From the NCBI GenBank assembly GCA_963695555.1, contig CAVOGR010000005.1, positions 384,001 to 448,000 of the forward strand: 64,000 nt of DNA, in the 5' to 3' direction. The notes below the pieces were generated by a model. It saw nothing but the letters and a program-made list of their open reading frames with translations, did no database searches and was not told the origin of the DNA. The position numbers and the translations under genes were made by a program. Of this stretch, positions 39,440 to 53,935 are shown one piece after another; within the stretch, counting starts at the first letter, position 1; each line of letters opens with the position of its first letter. The DNA is from an uncultured Gemmatimonadales bacterium. Lineage in GTDB: Bacteria; Gemmatimonadota; Gemmatimonadetes; Gemmatimonadales; GWC2-71-9.

Positions 39440-40551
39440 TCAGGGCCGCCTGGCCATGGAAGTTGTGGCCCCGACCGGCTCGGTGATGGCATCGTCGAAC
39501 GGTGTTCTCCGCAGGTACAACACCCAGGCCCCGAAACCGCTCACGATCGGCACCCACCACGAGATCAGACGGTAGGCGATCGTGGCGAGGCTGGCGTCCT
39601 GGGCGCTGATCCCGGAGATGATGAGCAGCGAGTAGAGGCCGACCTCGACGAACCCCACACCGCCAGGGTAATGGGGATCATCCCGAGAACCTGAGCGCCG
39701 GCGTAGGCGATCAACACCAGACTCAGGCGAGGATCGGTACCCACGCTGTACAGCGCCGCAATGAGGGCCAAGTAGTCGAACGCCCATTTTCCGGCCGATG
39801 CGGCCACGACGGCGGGCCAACGGGAATCAACCACGGCGACCAGCCGATCACGTTCGGCCAGAAACTGGCCCTGGCCGACCGTCCACGACCGGTGAAAGAC
39901 CCGGCCCAGGAGACCCATCAGTGATCGGATGGCACCCTCGGCGAGCTCGAGCGGCCGGGTGAAGGCCACGGCCGCCGCACCGACTGCGAGCAGCACCAAG
40001 AACATCACGCCGCCGGCCACCGCCGCGGGAAGCAGGCTCTCGGGTATCGGCGCCCCGAGCAGTGCCATCACACCGGCCACCGCCGGGATGGCGACCAGCG
40101 CTGCGGTGGTCATGACCGACGTGACGGCCAGCCGCGCCGCCGGCCTTCGACGATTCGATGCCGGCCGACGCCAACATCCGGTAGTACACGGCTCCACCCG
40201 TCGCCGCCCCGCCGGGGACAACGCGACTGACGGCGTTCGACACCAGTTGACTGGTGGCGGCGATGAACCACGACGCCTGGGGTATGACGATGCGGGTCAA
40301 CCACCACAGGCACACGAAGCTGGCCAGCTCCGACGCGAACATCACGCCGAACCAGCCAGGCCGAATGGTTCGGAGGCGGGTTCCGGACGAGAGCAGGTCG
40401 CGCAACTGGTCTGCATGAGGTACATGGCGGTGGCGGCAACGGCCAGACCAATCCCCCACACCAGCGTGCGACGGATGAACGTCGATCCGTTGACGACCCC
40501 ACCGAAGCCGTCGGTCACCGCCGGCCGGTCGCTGCGAGACCGATCCGTCAT
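39440..40551 (-). CDS. Lysylphosphatidylglycerol synthase TM (flippase-like, YbhN family) protein, frameshifted
   Basis: SNAVSRVVPGGAATG, GMIPIT.GGVGFVEVGL, ATIAYRLISWWVP. Confidence 0.8.
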
Positions 40552-40599
40552 GCGCCGACACCCGCCTGTGCCTCGGCGGTGGGCGCGCCGTCGGGAACA

Positions 40600-41237
40600 C
40601 CAGCGAACCGATGGAGCGGCCAACCGAGGCTGCGGCACAGCTCGTCGAGCAGCGACGACAGGGAGGCCGACGACATTCAAGTAGGAACCCTCGACTCGGT
40701 CGACCAGCAGGGCGCCTCGACCCTGTATCCCGTAGGCGCCGGCCTTGTCGAACGCCTCGCCGGTTCCGACGTACCAATCGGTGAGATCGCGGTCGAGGGT
40801 GCGGAGCGTACCTCGGTCGTTTCCCGCGCCGACACCTGGCGCAGGGAGTTCCCACCCTCGTTCGGGTCGAGCAATCCGACGGCCAGGCCGGTGATCACAT
40901 GGTGGCGTCGTCCTGACAACAGAGCCAGCATTCTCTCGGCATCCGCCTTCCCCCTCCGGCTTGCCCAGGATCGAGCCGCCGACCTCAACAACGGTATCGG
41001 CGGCGATGATCAAACGGGCTGCGACGACGGCGGCGGAACGTCGGCGCAGGCCGTCAGCTTGGCTGTGGCCAGCCGCCCGACGAGATCGGCCGCCGACTCA
41101 CCGGCCCGCTCGGTCTCGTCGACATCGGCCGGCCGGACATCGGGCTCGATGCCGAGCCGGCGAAGTATGGCCGCCCGGCGTGGGGAACCCGACGCCAACA
41201 CCACCGTCGGAACTCCCGACACACCTCGAGCAGCCAT
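40600..41237 (-). CDS. maf: Maf nucleoside triphosphate pyrophosphatase, frameshifted; 3' end approximate
   Basis: [44 protein letters not shown]. Confidence 0.88.
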
Positions 41238-41294
41238 CGGCTTCCAGGGTAGAGGCTTGGGACCGGGCGCGGGTCGGTGGCACACTTGACGGCC

Positions 41295-42049
41295 ATGAAC
41301 CTGATCGACGTCACAACCGCAGACGGTGTCGCCACCATCACCCTCAACGACCCGAAGCGCCGCAATGCCGTGACTCTTCCGATGTGTCGCGAGATCGACG
41401 AGGCCATGAACAACGTCGAAGCCGACGAATCGGTCAACGCCCTGATCGTCACCGGCAACCCCCCGGCGTTCTCCGCGGGGGCCGATCTGTCCCATCTCGG
41501 CGACTCCGCCGAGGAGGGGCTGCTCACCATCTACGAAGGCTTCCTACGTATCGGGCGGACGCCTCTGCCGACGATCGCCGCAGTCAACGGGGCCACGGTC
41601 GGGGCAGGCATGAACCTGGCCCTCATCTGTGACCTGCGGCTGGCCGGTCGCTCCGCCGGTTCGACACCCGCTTTCTCGACCTCGGCCTGCACCCCGGCGG
41701 CGGGCACACCTGGATGTACCAGAACATCTGTGGGCCGCAGACCGCCGCCGCGGCCATTCTCTTCTCCCAGGTGCTCGACGGCGAGGAGGCGGCCCGTGTC
41801 GGGCTGGCGTTCCAGGTGTACGACGACGACGAGCTGATGGGCGCCGCCCAGGCCATGGCCGCGAAGGCCGGTTCGGCCCCCCGGGATCTCGTGCTCAAGA
41901 CCAAGCGCACGATGCAGGACATCCGGTCGGTGTCGACCCAGCGGGCGGCCGTCGATCACGAACTCGGCCCACAGGCCTGGTCGACCCGTCAAGCCGCGTT
42001 CCAGGACCGCCTGGCCAAACTCAAGGCGAAGATCAGTTCGAAGAGCTGA
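41295..42049 (+). CDS. Enoyl-CoA hydratase/isomerase family, frameshift at ~41655
   Basis: [37 protein letters not shown]. Confidence 0.9.
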
Positions 42050-42059
42050 GCCCGAGTTG

Positions 42060-42656
42060 TTAGAGCCAGGCTTCGACGAGGTCGGCGCGACGTTCGGTCC
42101 ACTCCTCGGAGGTGATGGCGAAGCGGACGTGGTCCTCCCAGATACTGTTGATCTCGAGGTAGCGAAGCGCGGTTCCCTCATTTCGCAGGCCGAGTTTCTC
42201 GACCACCCGCAGTGACGAGTCGTTGCGAGGAACGATCGATATCTGGACCCGGTGGAGTGTCAGCTCCTCGAACGCGAACCGCAGAACCATGACCACCCCT
42301 TCTGGGGTGTAGCCCCGGCCGGCCTGTTCCTCGTCGATCCAGTAGCCGAGATAGGCGCTCTGGAACGGACCACGCTGCACGGCGTTGAGGTTGATCTCGC
42401 CGCAGAACGAGCCGCCGACGAACACGCCGAAGCCGTAGCCGGTCCCGATTGCCCGCTCGCGATCCCGGGCATGGCATCGGAGGGCGAACACGCTCCGGTC
42501 GACGACCGGGTCCGGGGCCCCGTCCGGACGGCTCGGCTCCCATTTGGTCGACCAGTCGAGGTTTCTGCGGCGGACCTCCTGCCAGGCCCAGAAATCCTCC
42601 GGCCGGAGTGGTCGCAGGAGGATTCGTCGGCCGAGCAGGCTCGTATTCACAATCAT
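42060..42656 (-). CDS. RimJ/RimL family GNAT acetyltransferase
   Basis: QRGPFQSAYLGYWID..AGRG, LHRV.I.I.PRN..SLRVVEKLG.R.EG, WEDH. Confidence 0.92.
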   Translation of the reverse strand: MIVNTSLLGRRILLRPLRPEDFWAWQEVRRRNLDWSTKWEPSRPDGAPDPVVDRSVFALRCHARDRERAIGTGYGFGVFVGGSFCGEINLNAVQRGPFQSAYLGYWIDEEQAGRGYTPEGVVMVLRFAFEELTLHRVQISIVPRNDSSLRVVEKLGLRNEGTALRYLEINSIWEDHVRFAITSEEWTERRADLVEAWL

Positions 42657-42699
42657 CGTCTGTTCACCATCATCGTCCCGGATCCCGAGTCGATTTCGG

Positions 42700-43250
42700 C
42701 GAGAAGTCGGTCGGCGTCTCGATCGAGGCGGCGACCCCGTCGAGGGGACCGGGCGTGTGACGCGGTCCCCGTCGACGGCGAACCGTCTCATGAACTCCAG
42801 AAGAATACACATCGCACCGACGATCCAGCCGACATGTTCGGGCTGGAGACCGGGATTGGCCGCCCGATCCTCGTTTGATTCGGTGGCCAGCGCACGGAAG
42901 AGCTCCTCTGCCGCATCCCGTTCGAGAACGCAGCCGTCGATCTCGTCACGGTCGGCGACCCCGAGTTCGACCTCGGCCACGAACCGAACCGCCCCCAGGC
43001 CGACGATCGTCGAATCGGTGATCACGGCCGCCAGCTCGGGCATCTCCCGCACGACGTCATCGAGATGGAGGTCGATCACCGACAAGGCTGCCGACAGCTC
43101 GGCCGGGTCGGGCGGATCGCTGTGGAGGTGGGCGGCTGTCACCGTGGCCGCCCCGATCGGAAGCGAGATGGCGGAGATGCGCCCGTCGACGGCGGTGGCC
43201 AGCTCGGTCGAGCCGTAGCCGATGTCGAGGGTGACGAGCGGGTCACCGCC
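42700..43250 (-). CDS. C-terminal half of Ppx/GppA exopolyphosphatase (possibly fused to DUF501)
   Basis: LDIGYGSTEL, SLPIGA, LHSDPP, NPGL.P.....IVGA. Confidence 0.7.
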
Positions 43251-43943
43251 CCTGACAGCACCGGCGCCGGGTGGGTCGGCCGGCCGACCACAGCCCGGTA
43301 TCCGAGTTCGGCCTCCGCGGTGCCGTCGTGTCTCTCCAGCGGTCGCGCAGGTGTTCGGCGTCGCGCAACGACGGCCGCTCCGCAACGGATGCGGATGCGG
43401 ATGCGGATGGGACGAGACCCTCCACCAACTCCCCCGCTTCCCGCAAGCGCTCATGGACCCATCGGCCCACGGGATCATCGCCGCCGGCGAGATAGTGGGC
43501 GTAGTGCCGCGTCGGAGGCACTTGACGCCCTGCCGGGTTCCGCCGACTCCTCCACTCGGTGCCGGCCCGGTGTGGTCGGACGGGATCAGTCGATCCCGTT
43601 CCCGCCCATACCGTTCATGCGTCCCGGCCAGGAGATCGGGATCGACGGCGGCCTCCGCCTGCTTCACGCCACCGATCGATTCGAGCTGGCCGATGGCCTT
43701 GTTGAGCGCCGGGTCGATGAGCCAGTACCGGGTCGGCATGGGCCGGCCCGAATGCAGGAAGGGGGCGTTCACGAGCACGACGGGCTCGCCGTCGGGCCGG
43801 TTGACGGCGACGGTGTAGTCTCCCTGCGGTCGTCGGCCGAGGAGCCGGGCGACTGTGGCGTCGAGGTCGGGGTCCGGTGCCTCGGAGGCCGCCTCGGTCC
43901 GATCCGGGGCCACCGAGCCGATCAGCCGCGGCTGATCAGCCAC
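43243..43943 (-). CDS. DUF501 domain protein, frameshift at ~43510
   Basis: LLGRRP, G.PMPTRYWL.DP, LES.GGV, GGVGGTRQGVKCL, HYAHYLAGGDDPVG. Confidence 0.85.
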
Positions 43944-44739
43944 CAGATGAAGGCGATGACGAGCGCGAGCAGGCCCACAGCCGGAACCAACCGCTTGGCC
44001 ATCGACTCGCCGCCGACGGCGAGCAGATCGACGGCCTCCGGCTCGGGCGAGTTGATCTTGCGAACCCCACCCGAAACCTTCTCGGCCACGGCTCCGGCCG
44101 CGTTCGATGCGGCCGCAGCGGCGTCTCCGGCGGCGGAACCTACCTTGTCGGCCACGGTTGCCGCTTTGTCGCCGGCCGTGTCGGCGGCGTCGGATGCGGC
44201 GTCGCCAACCGCAGCCGCGGCGTCATCTGCAGCAGCCGCCGCGCTGTCGGCGGCGGAACCGGCGGCCGCCGCCACGCCGCTCGCTCCGGACGGCGAGTCA
44301 TCGGCGAGCTTGTCGCGGAGGTTGTCGGTGAACTGACCCAGGAGCTTCTTCGACACGTCCTCGATCGCGCCACGTCCGAAGCTGGCGATCTTGCCGCTCA
44401 AGCCCAGGTCGGTATGGATCTCGACCTTGGTCTGATCGGCCGCCAACTCCTCCAGCGTGGCGGTCACGACGGCGTTGGCGTTGCCCTGACGCGGGTCACG
44501 ACCCTCGGCCTTCAGCTTGGCCACGTGGTTCTCGGCATCCTGCTCGATGAACGTGCCTTACCCTTGTAATTGGCGGTGATCGGACCCACCTTGATCTTGA
44601 CGAGGCCACGGTACTCGTCACCCTCGATCTCGGTCAGCTGGGCGCCGGGCATGCAGGGAGCGATGAACTCGAGGTCGTTGAGGATCGTCCAGGTCTCCTC
44701 GATCGGTCGTTCGATAACGAATTCGTTCGTCAGCTCCAT
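43922..44739 (-). CDS. CoxG/SRPBCC family protein with Ala/Asp-rich linker and C-terminal TM; frameshift at ~44555
   Basis: MELTNEF, IAPCMPGAQL, KVGPI...YKG, LSGKIASFGRGAIEDVSKKLLGQF. Confidence 0.88.
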
Positions 44740-45330
44740 CGTGGCAGGTCCTCCATGGTGTCGATGTCGGTCGGATTACCCCTGCACGGTACCTCCGAAA
44801 CGAGGTCGGGGTGCAGTCGAATGAGCGATCGGGCGCCTTCGTCGCCGCTTCGAGGGAGTAGCTTCCACATGGAGCGGTCGAGCTTGACCGGAGGGCGGCG
44901 TCGCCCGTCGAAACTCACGGTGACGATGGGGCCGTCCCCCTCGGTCACCGCCCTCCAGGCGTCGGGGCCGATCAGCGGTTGGTCGGCCGCGGACAATGAC
45001 CGTCTGGTGCCCGTCGGCTTCGGCCCGGTCGATACCGACGGCCAGCGAGGCGGCCTGACCGTCGGACCAACGTTCGTTGTGGAGGATCGTCAATGCAAGA
45101 TCGTCAACGGTGACGGACTCCGCCGCCGCCAACCATTGGAGCGAGACTCCGAGCGTCCGCGGCGCCCGTGATCAGGTAGACCTGATCGACGCAGTCGTCG
45201 AGTAGCCCGCGCACCACGTCAAGCGCGTGTGCGGCCAGGGGGCGGCCGCGAAATTCGGCGTCGAGCTTGTGTTCGGATCCCTCGAACCGCGAGCCCGAAC
45301 CGCCGGCCGGCGTCGCACCGCTCGTGTCAT
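44730..45330 (-). CDS. MocA/YgfJ-like nucleotidyltransferase, frameshifted
   Basis: AAGSGSRF..KL, NERWSDGQAASL, ADQP, GDEGAR, DIDTMEDL. Confidence 0.8.
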
Positions 45331-45574
45331 CGAGCCCAGTGTGCCACGTCGGGCTTTGTCAGCCTCGCCGGCCGAGGCCCTTGAATCAGGCTTCATCGAG
45401 CCGATTCACGACTGTTACTGTGGTCACACCGACGATGGTGACATTAGCCAGAATGGCGCTGTTCAGCCCCTATCCCCGTGGGCAATCCGACAGATGAAGA
45501 CCGGTCGACGAGTCGCCGTCGGCTAGATTCGAGCGTTCGTCCGGTTGAAGACAACAGGAAACAGAAACCCGCTC

Positions 45575-45690
45575 ATGGACTCCACAACGTTACACAACCA
45601 GCTACTGACCCTGGCCACGAGCCACCTCTGGACCTGGGACCACGAGCTGTTGGCGCTGCTCGATCACAAACGGTCCGCGCCTTCGGGATT
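45575..45690 (+). CDS. Possible N-terminus of an alpha-glucan phosphorylase, truncated at the junction
   Basis: LLTLATSHLWTWDHELLALL resembles the L..LA.NL.W.W start of DUF3417-type phosphorylases. Only ~35 codons are present. Confidence 0.45.
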
Positions 45691-45696
45691 GCAGCC

Positions 45697-46687
<991 letters not shown>

Positions 46688-46758
46688 GCGCGAACTCCTG
46701 ACTGTCGCGCGAAGTCTAGCGCGCGCGACAGGCGCTCGGAAGTCGCCATTTGCCCCCG

Positions 46759-48172
46759 TGTCGGTGACGGATGAGATGTCCGGCTTCGTAGCGCGTGAGT
46801 TGTCCGCCATGTTCGTCTCTTGTTCTGGAGGGGGCGATGCGGCGGACGATGGCGTTATGGGAGGTCTTCGTGCTCAGGTTCGAGGAAGCGATGGAGCGCT
46901 ACCGGAAGCGGCGGCTGACGGCGGACGAGGCCGGCGAGCTGTTGGGAATGACGGGGCGGCATTTCCGCCGGCTGCTGGGGCGCTATGACGAGGACGGGGC
47001 CGAAGGGCTGCGCGACCGGCGGCTGGGCAAGGTGTCGCCGCGGCGGGCGCCGCCGGCCGAGCTGACGCGGGTGCAGGTGCTCTACGCAGGAGCGCTATCG
47101 CGACTTCACGGTGAAGCATTTCCACGAGCAGCTGCGTGGCGCGGCACGGCTACAGGCTCGGCTACACGGTGACCCGGCTGGCGCTGCAGGCGGCCGGGCT
47201 GGTGAAGCGCCGCCGAGCGGCGCGGCAGCCGCACCGCAAGAAGCGGCCGCGCCGGCCGCTGCCGGGCATGCTGCTGTTCCAGGATGGCTCGACACATCGC
47301 TGGATCGGCGCGCTCGACCATGATCTCGACCTGGTGGTCACGCTCGACGACGCGACGAGCGCCATCTACTCGGCGATCCTGGTCGAGCAGGAAGAGGGCA
47401 CCGCTTCGAGCTTTCTCGGCCTGGCCGAGACGATCGCCGGCGCAAGGCCTGTTCCGCGCGCTCTACACCGACCGCGGCTCGCACTACTTCCACACGCCGA
47501 AGGCCGGCGGCAAGGTCGACAAGACCAGCGCCCACCCAGGTCGGCCGGGCGCTGGCGCAGCTCGGCATCCGCACATCCCGTCCTATTCGCCCGAGGCGCG
47601 CGGCCGCATGGAGCGCGCGTTCGGCACCCTCCAGGACCGCCTGCCCCCGGAGCTGCGCCTGGCCGGGATCGCCACGATCGAGGCCGCCAACCGCCTATCT
47701 GCAGGGAGGTCTACGTGCCCGACGCACAACGCCCGCTTCGCGGTGCCGGCGGCCGAGCCGGGCACCGCGTTCGTCCCCTATGCCGGCCGGCCGCTCGAGG
47801 ACGTGCTCTGCGTGCCAGGAGAACCGCCAGGTCGGCCGCGACAACTGCGTGACCTGGAAGGGCCGCGCGCTGCAGATCCCGCCGCAGCGCGCATCGCCAC
47901 CACTACGTCAGGGCGAGCGTGCGGGTGCACGAGTACCCCGATGGCGCGGCTCGCGCATCTTCGACGGGCCGCAGCTGCCTCGCCCGCTTCGATCCCGCCG
48001 GAAAGCCCGTCGATGCTTCGCTGGCCGCTTAACTCCGCTCGGCGGCCGGGGCCAAGGGGCCTATGGATTTGTGGACAACGCTGCGCGTTGCCCACAACCC
48101 CACAGGCGCTACAACCACAGCAGCGGACATTCGATGTGCTACGAAACCGGACATCTTCACGCGCTACCGACA
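46759..48172 (+). mobile_element. Insertion sequence, IS1202/ISNCY-type, 1414 bp, with 17-bp target duplication
   Basis: Imperfect ~49-bp IRs (TGTCGGT...AGATGTCCGG.TTCGTAGC...TGTCCGC). GTCGCCATTTGCCCCCG is repeated at 46742-46758 and 48173-48189. Confidence 0.93.
46837..48032 (+). CDS. DDE transposase with N-terminal HTH, frameshifted
   Basis: [60 protein letters not shown]. Confidence 0.92.
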
Positions 48173-48408
48173 GTCGCCATTTGCCCCCGCGGCGGGACGG
48201 CTGGCCCGCGCCGGGCCGCGCCGATGATCCACGCGGGCTCGCCCGCGGCGGGGTCGGGCTGCGCGCGCTGGAAGGCCCGGTCGAGCGCCGGCATGGCGAA
48301 CTGGCCGCGGTGGAGGTCGATGAGGAGCGGCGCGGGCGGCAGGAGGGTGAGCAGGGCCGGCCAGTCGAGAATGCCCTCGCCGATCAGCGCGAGGTGGCGG
48401 CGGAAAGC
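48173..48408 (-). pseudogene. Remnant of a sugar-phosphate isomerase/epimerase (xylose isomerase-like TIM barrel) gene interrupted by the IS
   Basis: Reads RRHLALIGEGILDWPALL...LLIDLH. It continues in frame beyond the IS (46684-46758) to a TGA overlapping the kbl ATG. No N-terminal part is visible. Confidence 0.5.
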
Positions 48409-48486
48409 GCGTTGGGCCCGGCGTTGTCTTTGCAGCCGGGTGGGCTATGGTGGATCAAGTCTGGATTGGTTCGCAGGACATCCGGA

Positions 48487-49195
48487 ATGCTTCGCGAGGA
48501 AAAGAACAACTCGGCTCTGGCGCTAGGACGCCTGCGTGAGCTAATCCGCGCCCGCAGCCGGCAAAGCGAGGCCCGCCTGCCCACCGAGCGCGAGCTGGCC
48601 GCTAGCCTCGGGCTCGGGCGACGGGCGCTGCGGCGGGCGCTGGAGGTGCTGGAGGCCGAGGGGCGCATCTGGCGGCAGCAGGGCAAGGGCACCTTCGTCG
48701 GGGCGCGCCCCGGCGAGCCGGGCGAGATGGCGCGCGCCCTCACCGGCCAGACCAATTTCTACGAAGTCATGGAGGCGCGCCTGCGGCTGGAGCCGGAGCT
48801 TGCCTTCCTCGCCGCCCTCAAGGCGAGCGACTCTGAAGTCGAGCGCATGCGCCACCTCTGCGTCCGGGTCGCCGAGCGCGAGGATGCAGACGGGCGCGAG
48901 CTCTGGGACGGCGCGCTGCACCGGCAGATCGCACGTTCAACCGCCAACCGGCTGCTCCTCGCCCTATTCGACGTGATCGACCAGATCCGCCAGAACGACA
49001 GCTGGACGGCGCTGCGCGAACGCGCCCGACAGCACGGCGGCCATGCGCAGTACCTCGACCACCACGTCGCCATCGTCGACGCCATCGCATCCCGCGACCC
49101 CACCGGCGCCGAGCAGGCCATGCGCCGCCACATCGTTGCCGTCCAGCAAACTCTTCGCCGGCGGCGGAGGGAGGGGGAGCCGTGCGGCCGAATGG
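48487..49195 (+). CDS. GntR/FadR family transcriptional regulator; 3' end approximate
   Basis: [41 protein letters not shown] domain (EARL.LEP, D..LH..IA, H..IVDAI..RD). Confidence 0.9.
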
Positions 49196-50219
49196 ACCCG
49201 GCGCGGCGCACCCCTGCTCGAGGCCGTCGAGGTCCTCGGCGTCCGGCTCGATGGTGTCGCCGGCTCATCGCGAGGGGGTCTCATTCGACGCTGCAGCCCC
49301 GGCGAGACGCTGTGCCTCGTCGGCGAGAGCGGCTGCGGCAAGAGCGTGACCGCGTTGGCATTGATGGGCCTGTTGCCGACGCCGCCGGCGCGGATCGCGG
49401 GCGGCCGCGTCTGGTTCGACGGGCGAGGACCTGCTGGCGGCGCGCAGCGGCGGCTCCAGGACCTCCGCGGCGACCGGATGGCGATGATCTTCCAGGAGCC
49501 GATGACCTCGCTCAACCCGGTGCTTCACCGTCGGGCGAGCAGATCGCCGAGGCGATCGCGCGGCACCAGGACCTCGGTCGCGACGGCGCCGCGGGCGCGG
49601 GCGCTGGAGATGCTGCGGCAGGTCCGCATCCCGGCAGCCGGAGCGGCGGCTCGACGCAGTATCCCGCACCAGCTGTCGGGCGGGATGCGCCAGCGGGTGA
49701 TGATCGCCATGGCGCTGGCCAACCGAGCCGCGCGCTGCTGATCGCCGACGAGCCGACCACCGCGCTCGACGTCACGATCCAGGCGCAGATCCTCGAGCTG
49801 ATGCGCGCGCTGCCAGGCGGAGACCGGCACGGCGGTGATCCTGATCACCCACGACCTCGGCGTGGTCGCCGAGATGGCGGACAAGGTCGCGGTGATGTAC
49901 GCCGGCCGGATCGTCGAGACGGGCGCCGGTGGCGACGCTCTTCGACGACCCGCAGCACCCCTACACGCTCGGCCTGATGAGCTCGATGCCGTCGCTCGGG
50001 CGACGCGCGGCGCACGGCTGGTCACCATCCCCGGCGCCGTGCCGCCGGCGCACGGCCTGCCGCCGGGCTGCCGCTTCGCCTCGCGCTGCCCCTTCGCCGG
50101 CGACCGCTGCCGCGCCGAGCGCGCCGCCGCTCGCGGCACTGGGCCCGGCCACCACGTCGCCTGCTGGCGCGCGCCGCTGGAAGGCGCAGGCCGGCTGCGC
50201 GGCACGAGGACGCGGTCGC

Positions 50220-50223
<4 letters not shown>
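49192..50223 (+). CDS. Dipeptide/oligopeptide ABC ATPase (DppD-like), frameshifted
   Basis: [51 protein letters not shown]. Confidence 0.88.
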
Positions 50224-51276
<1,053 letters not shown>

Positions 51277-51354
51277 CCGGCGGCCCGCGCGTCCGGCCAG
51301 GACGCCGCTGCACCGACCGAGTCCGATCCAGACCAGAACAGAGGAGAACGACCC

Positions 51355-52908
51355 ATGCCGACTAGCGGACACTCGCCGCGCCGCTGCGCCGCTCGGCGGC
51401 TTGGCGCCACGCCGGCGCCGCCGCGGCCCAGGACCTCGCGCATCGGGCTGCAGGAGGACCCCGACGTGCTCGACCCGGACCAGTCGCGCACCTTCGTCGG
51501 CCGCATCGTCTACGCCTCGCTCTGCGACAAGCTGGTCGACATCACGCCGGACCTCGAGATCATGCCGATGCTGGCCACCGGCTGGGCGTGGTCGGACGAC
51601 GGCCTCGCCCTGACCATGACTCTGCGCGAGGACGTGATGTTCCACGACGGCACGCCGTTCAACGCCGAGGCGGTGAGTCTCAACATCGACCGCGTCCAAG
51701 AACCTGCCGGAGAGCCGCCGCAAGTCCGAGGTCGCCTCGATCGCGCGACCGTGGAGGTCGATCGATCCCGACCAGGTCGGTGCTCACCTGACCGAGCCCG
51801 ACGCGCACGCTGCTCGCGCAGCTCTCCGACCGCGCCGGCATGATGGTCTCGCCGACCGCGGCGGCCGCGGCCGCCGGGCGACGACTTCGGCACCGCCCCG
51901 GTCTGCGCCGGCCCGTTCAGCTTCGTCGAGCGCGTGCAGCAGGACCGCATCGTGCTGGAGCGCTTCGCCGACTACTGGAACGCCGACGCGATCAGCTTCG
52001 ACCGGGTGACCTTACCTGCCGATCCCGGACACCACCGTGCGCCTCGCCAACCTGCGAGTCCGGCGATCTCGACATGATCGAGCGGATGGCCGCCGACCGA
52101 TCTGCGCCTCGGTCCAGCGCCGATGCCGAACCTGCAGCTGGCGGCGGCGACGCTCGCTCGGCTACCAGGGCATCACCATCAACGTCGCCAACGGCGAGCG
52201 CGCGCAAGAACCCGCTCGGCCAGGACACCCGCGTCCGCCAGGCGCTTCGACCTCGCGATCGACCGCGACGCGATCAACCAGGTGGTCTTCGAGGGCGCGT
52301 TCGCCCCGGGCAACCAGCCGGTGCCCGCCGACCACGCCCTGGTACAACGCAGGCCATCCCGGTGCCCGCCGCGCGACGTCGAGGCCGCCAAGGCGCTGCT
52401 GGCCGAGGCCGGCCTCGAGACGGCGTCAGCCGTCGAGATGCAGGTCGCCAACAACCCCGTGCAGATGCAGGTCGTGCAGGTCATCCAGGCGATGGCTGCC
52501 GAGGCCGGCATCGACGTCGCAGATCACCGCGCAAGGAGTTCGCCACCGCTCCTCGACGACCAGGACCGCCGGCGACTTCGACGCCAGCCAGGTCGGCTGG
52601 TCCGGCCGTGTCGATCCCGATGGCAACATCCACACCGTTCTGACCAGCGCAACGGCGGCATCAACGACGGCAAGTACTGCAACCCCGAGGTGGACGCGCT
52701 GCTGAACGAGGCGCGCGTCGACCGACGATCCCGGCCGTGCGCAAGGCAGCTCTACGACGCGGCCGTCGCGATCCTCACCGAGGACCTGCCGCTGCATCTA
52801 CCTCTACCACCACGACCTGGCTCTGGGCGCTCGATGCAACGATGTCGCGGCTTCGTGCCCTATCCCGACGGCATGATCCGCCTGCAGGGCGTGTCCATGG
52901 CCGAGTGA
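51355..52908 (+). CDS. ABC family 5 substrate-binding protein, frameshifted
   Basis: [53 protein letters not shown]. Confidence 0.88.
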
Positions 52909-52972
52909 TCGCCTGACGCCCGGGGCTCCGGCCGCTCGCGCGGCGCGCCCGTTCCCTGACGCGGAGACGCCC

Positions 52973-53935
52973 ATGCTCGCGTTTCATCGGCCGCCGCGCT
53001 GCCTGATCGCGATCCCGACCGTCGTTGCTGATCTCGGTCTTCGTGTTCGCGCTGCAGCAGCTGTTGCCGGGCGATCCGGTGCTGGCGCTGGCCGGCGAGG
53101 AGCGCGACCCGCGAGGTGATCGAGTCGCTGCGCGAGAAGTACCGCCTCAACGAGCCGATCTGCCGGTGCAGTACCTGATCTGGGTCGGCAACGTGCTGCA
53201 GGGCGATCTCGGCATCTCGCTGCGCACCAGCATGCCGGTCGCTGACGCTGATCGCGCAGAAGCTGCCGGTGACGATCCAGCTCGCCGTCGATGGCGCTGA
53301 TCATCGCCTCGCGATCGGCATCCCGGCCGGCATCCTCTCGGCGGTCAAGAAGGGCACCTGGGTCGACTGGGCCGCCAACGTCGTCGCGCTGTCCGGCCTC
53401 TCGATCCCGAACTTCTGGCTCGGCATCATGCTGATCCTGCTCGTCTCGGTGAACCTCGGCTGGCTGCCGGCCTCGGGCTACGTCACCGCCGTCCGAGGAC
53501 CCGCTGCGCAGCGCTGCAGACCATGATCATGCCCGCCTTCGTGCTCGGCACCGGCGCTCGCCGCGATGCTGATGCGCCACACCCGCGGTCGCCATGCTGA
53601 GCGTGCTGCAGTCCAGGACTACGTCCGCACCGCCCGCGCCAAGGGCCTGACGCGAGCGCATCGTCGTCCTGAAGCACGCGCTGCGCAACGCGCTGATCCC
53701 GGTCGTCACCCTCGGCACGCTGCTGTTCGGCGAGCTGCTCGCCGGCGCGGTGCTGACCGAGCAGATCTTCACCATCCCCGGCTTCGGCAAGCTGATCGTC
53801 GATGCCGTGTTCAACCGCGACTATGCGGTGGTGCAGGGCGTCGTGCTGGTGCACCGCGCATCGCCTTCATCTTGCTGAACCTCCTCGCCGACGTGCTCTA
53901 CATCGTCCTCAACCCGCGGCTGAGGACCAGGCTGA
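52973..53935 (+). CDS. Peptide ABC permease (DppB-like), frameshifted
   Basis: LPGDP, GDLGISLR, SIPNFWLG, DYVRTARAKG, NRDY. Confidence 0.85.

Noticed and set aside
42060..43943. 627-aa DUF501-Ppx-GNAT triple fusion
   Set aside because: The ORF passes through out-of-frame stretches, and the GNAT has its own likely start at 42656.
22305..45690. 23-kb horizontally transferred island
   Set aside because: The flanks belong to different apparent taxa, genes are cut at both ends, there are no mobility signatures, and it contains housekeeping genes. Chimeric joining is more parsimonious.
47284..49977. 897-aa transposase-GntR-ABC fusion ORF
   Set aside because: Chance read-through across an IS end and separate genes in high-GC, indel-rich sequence.
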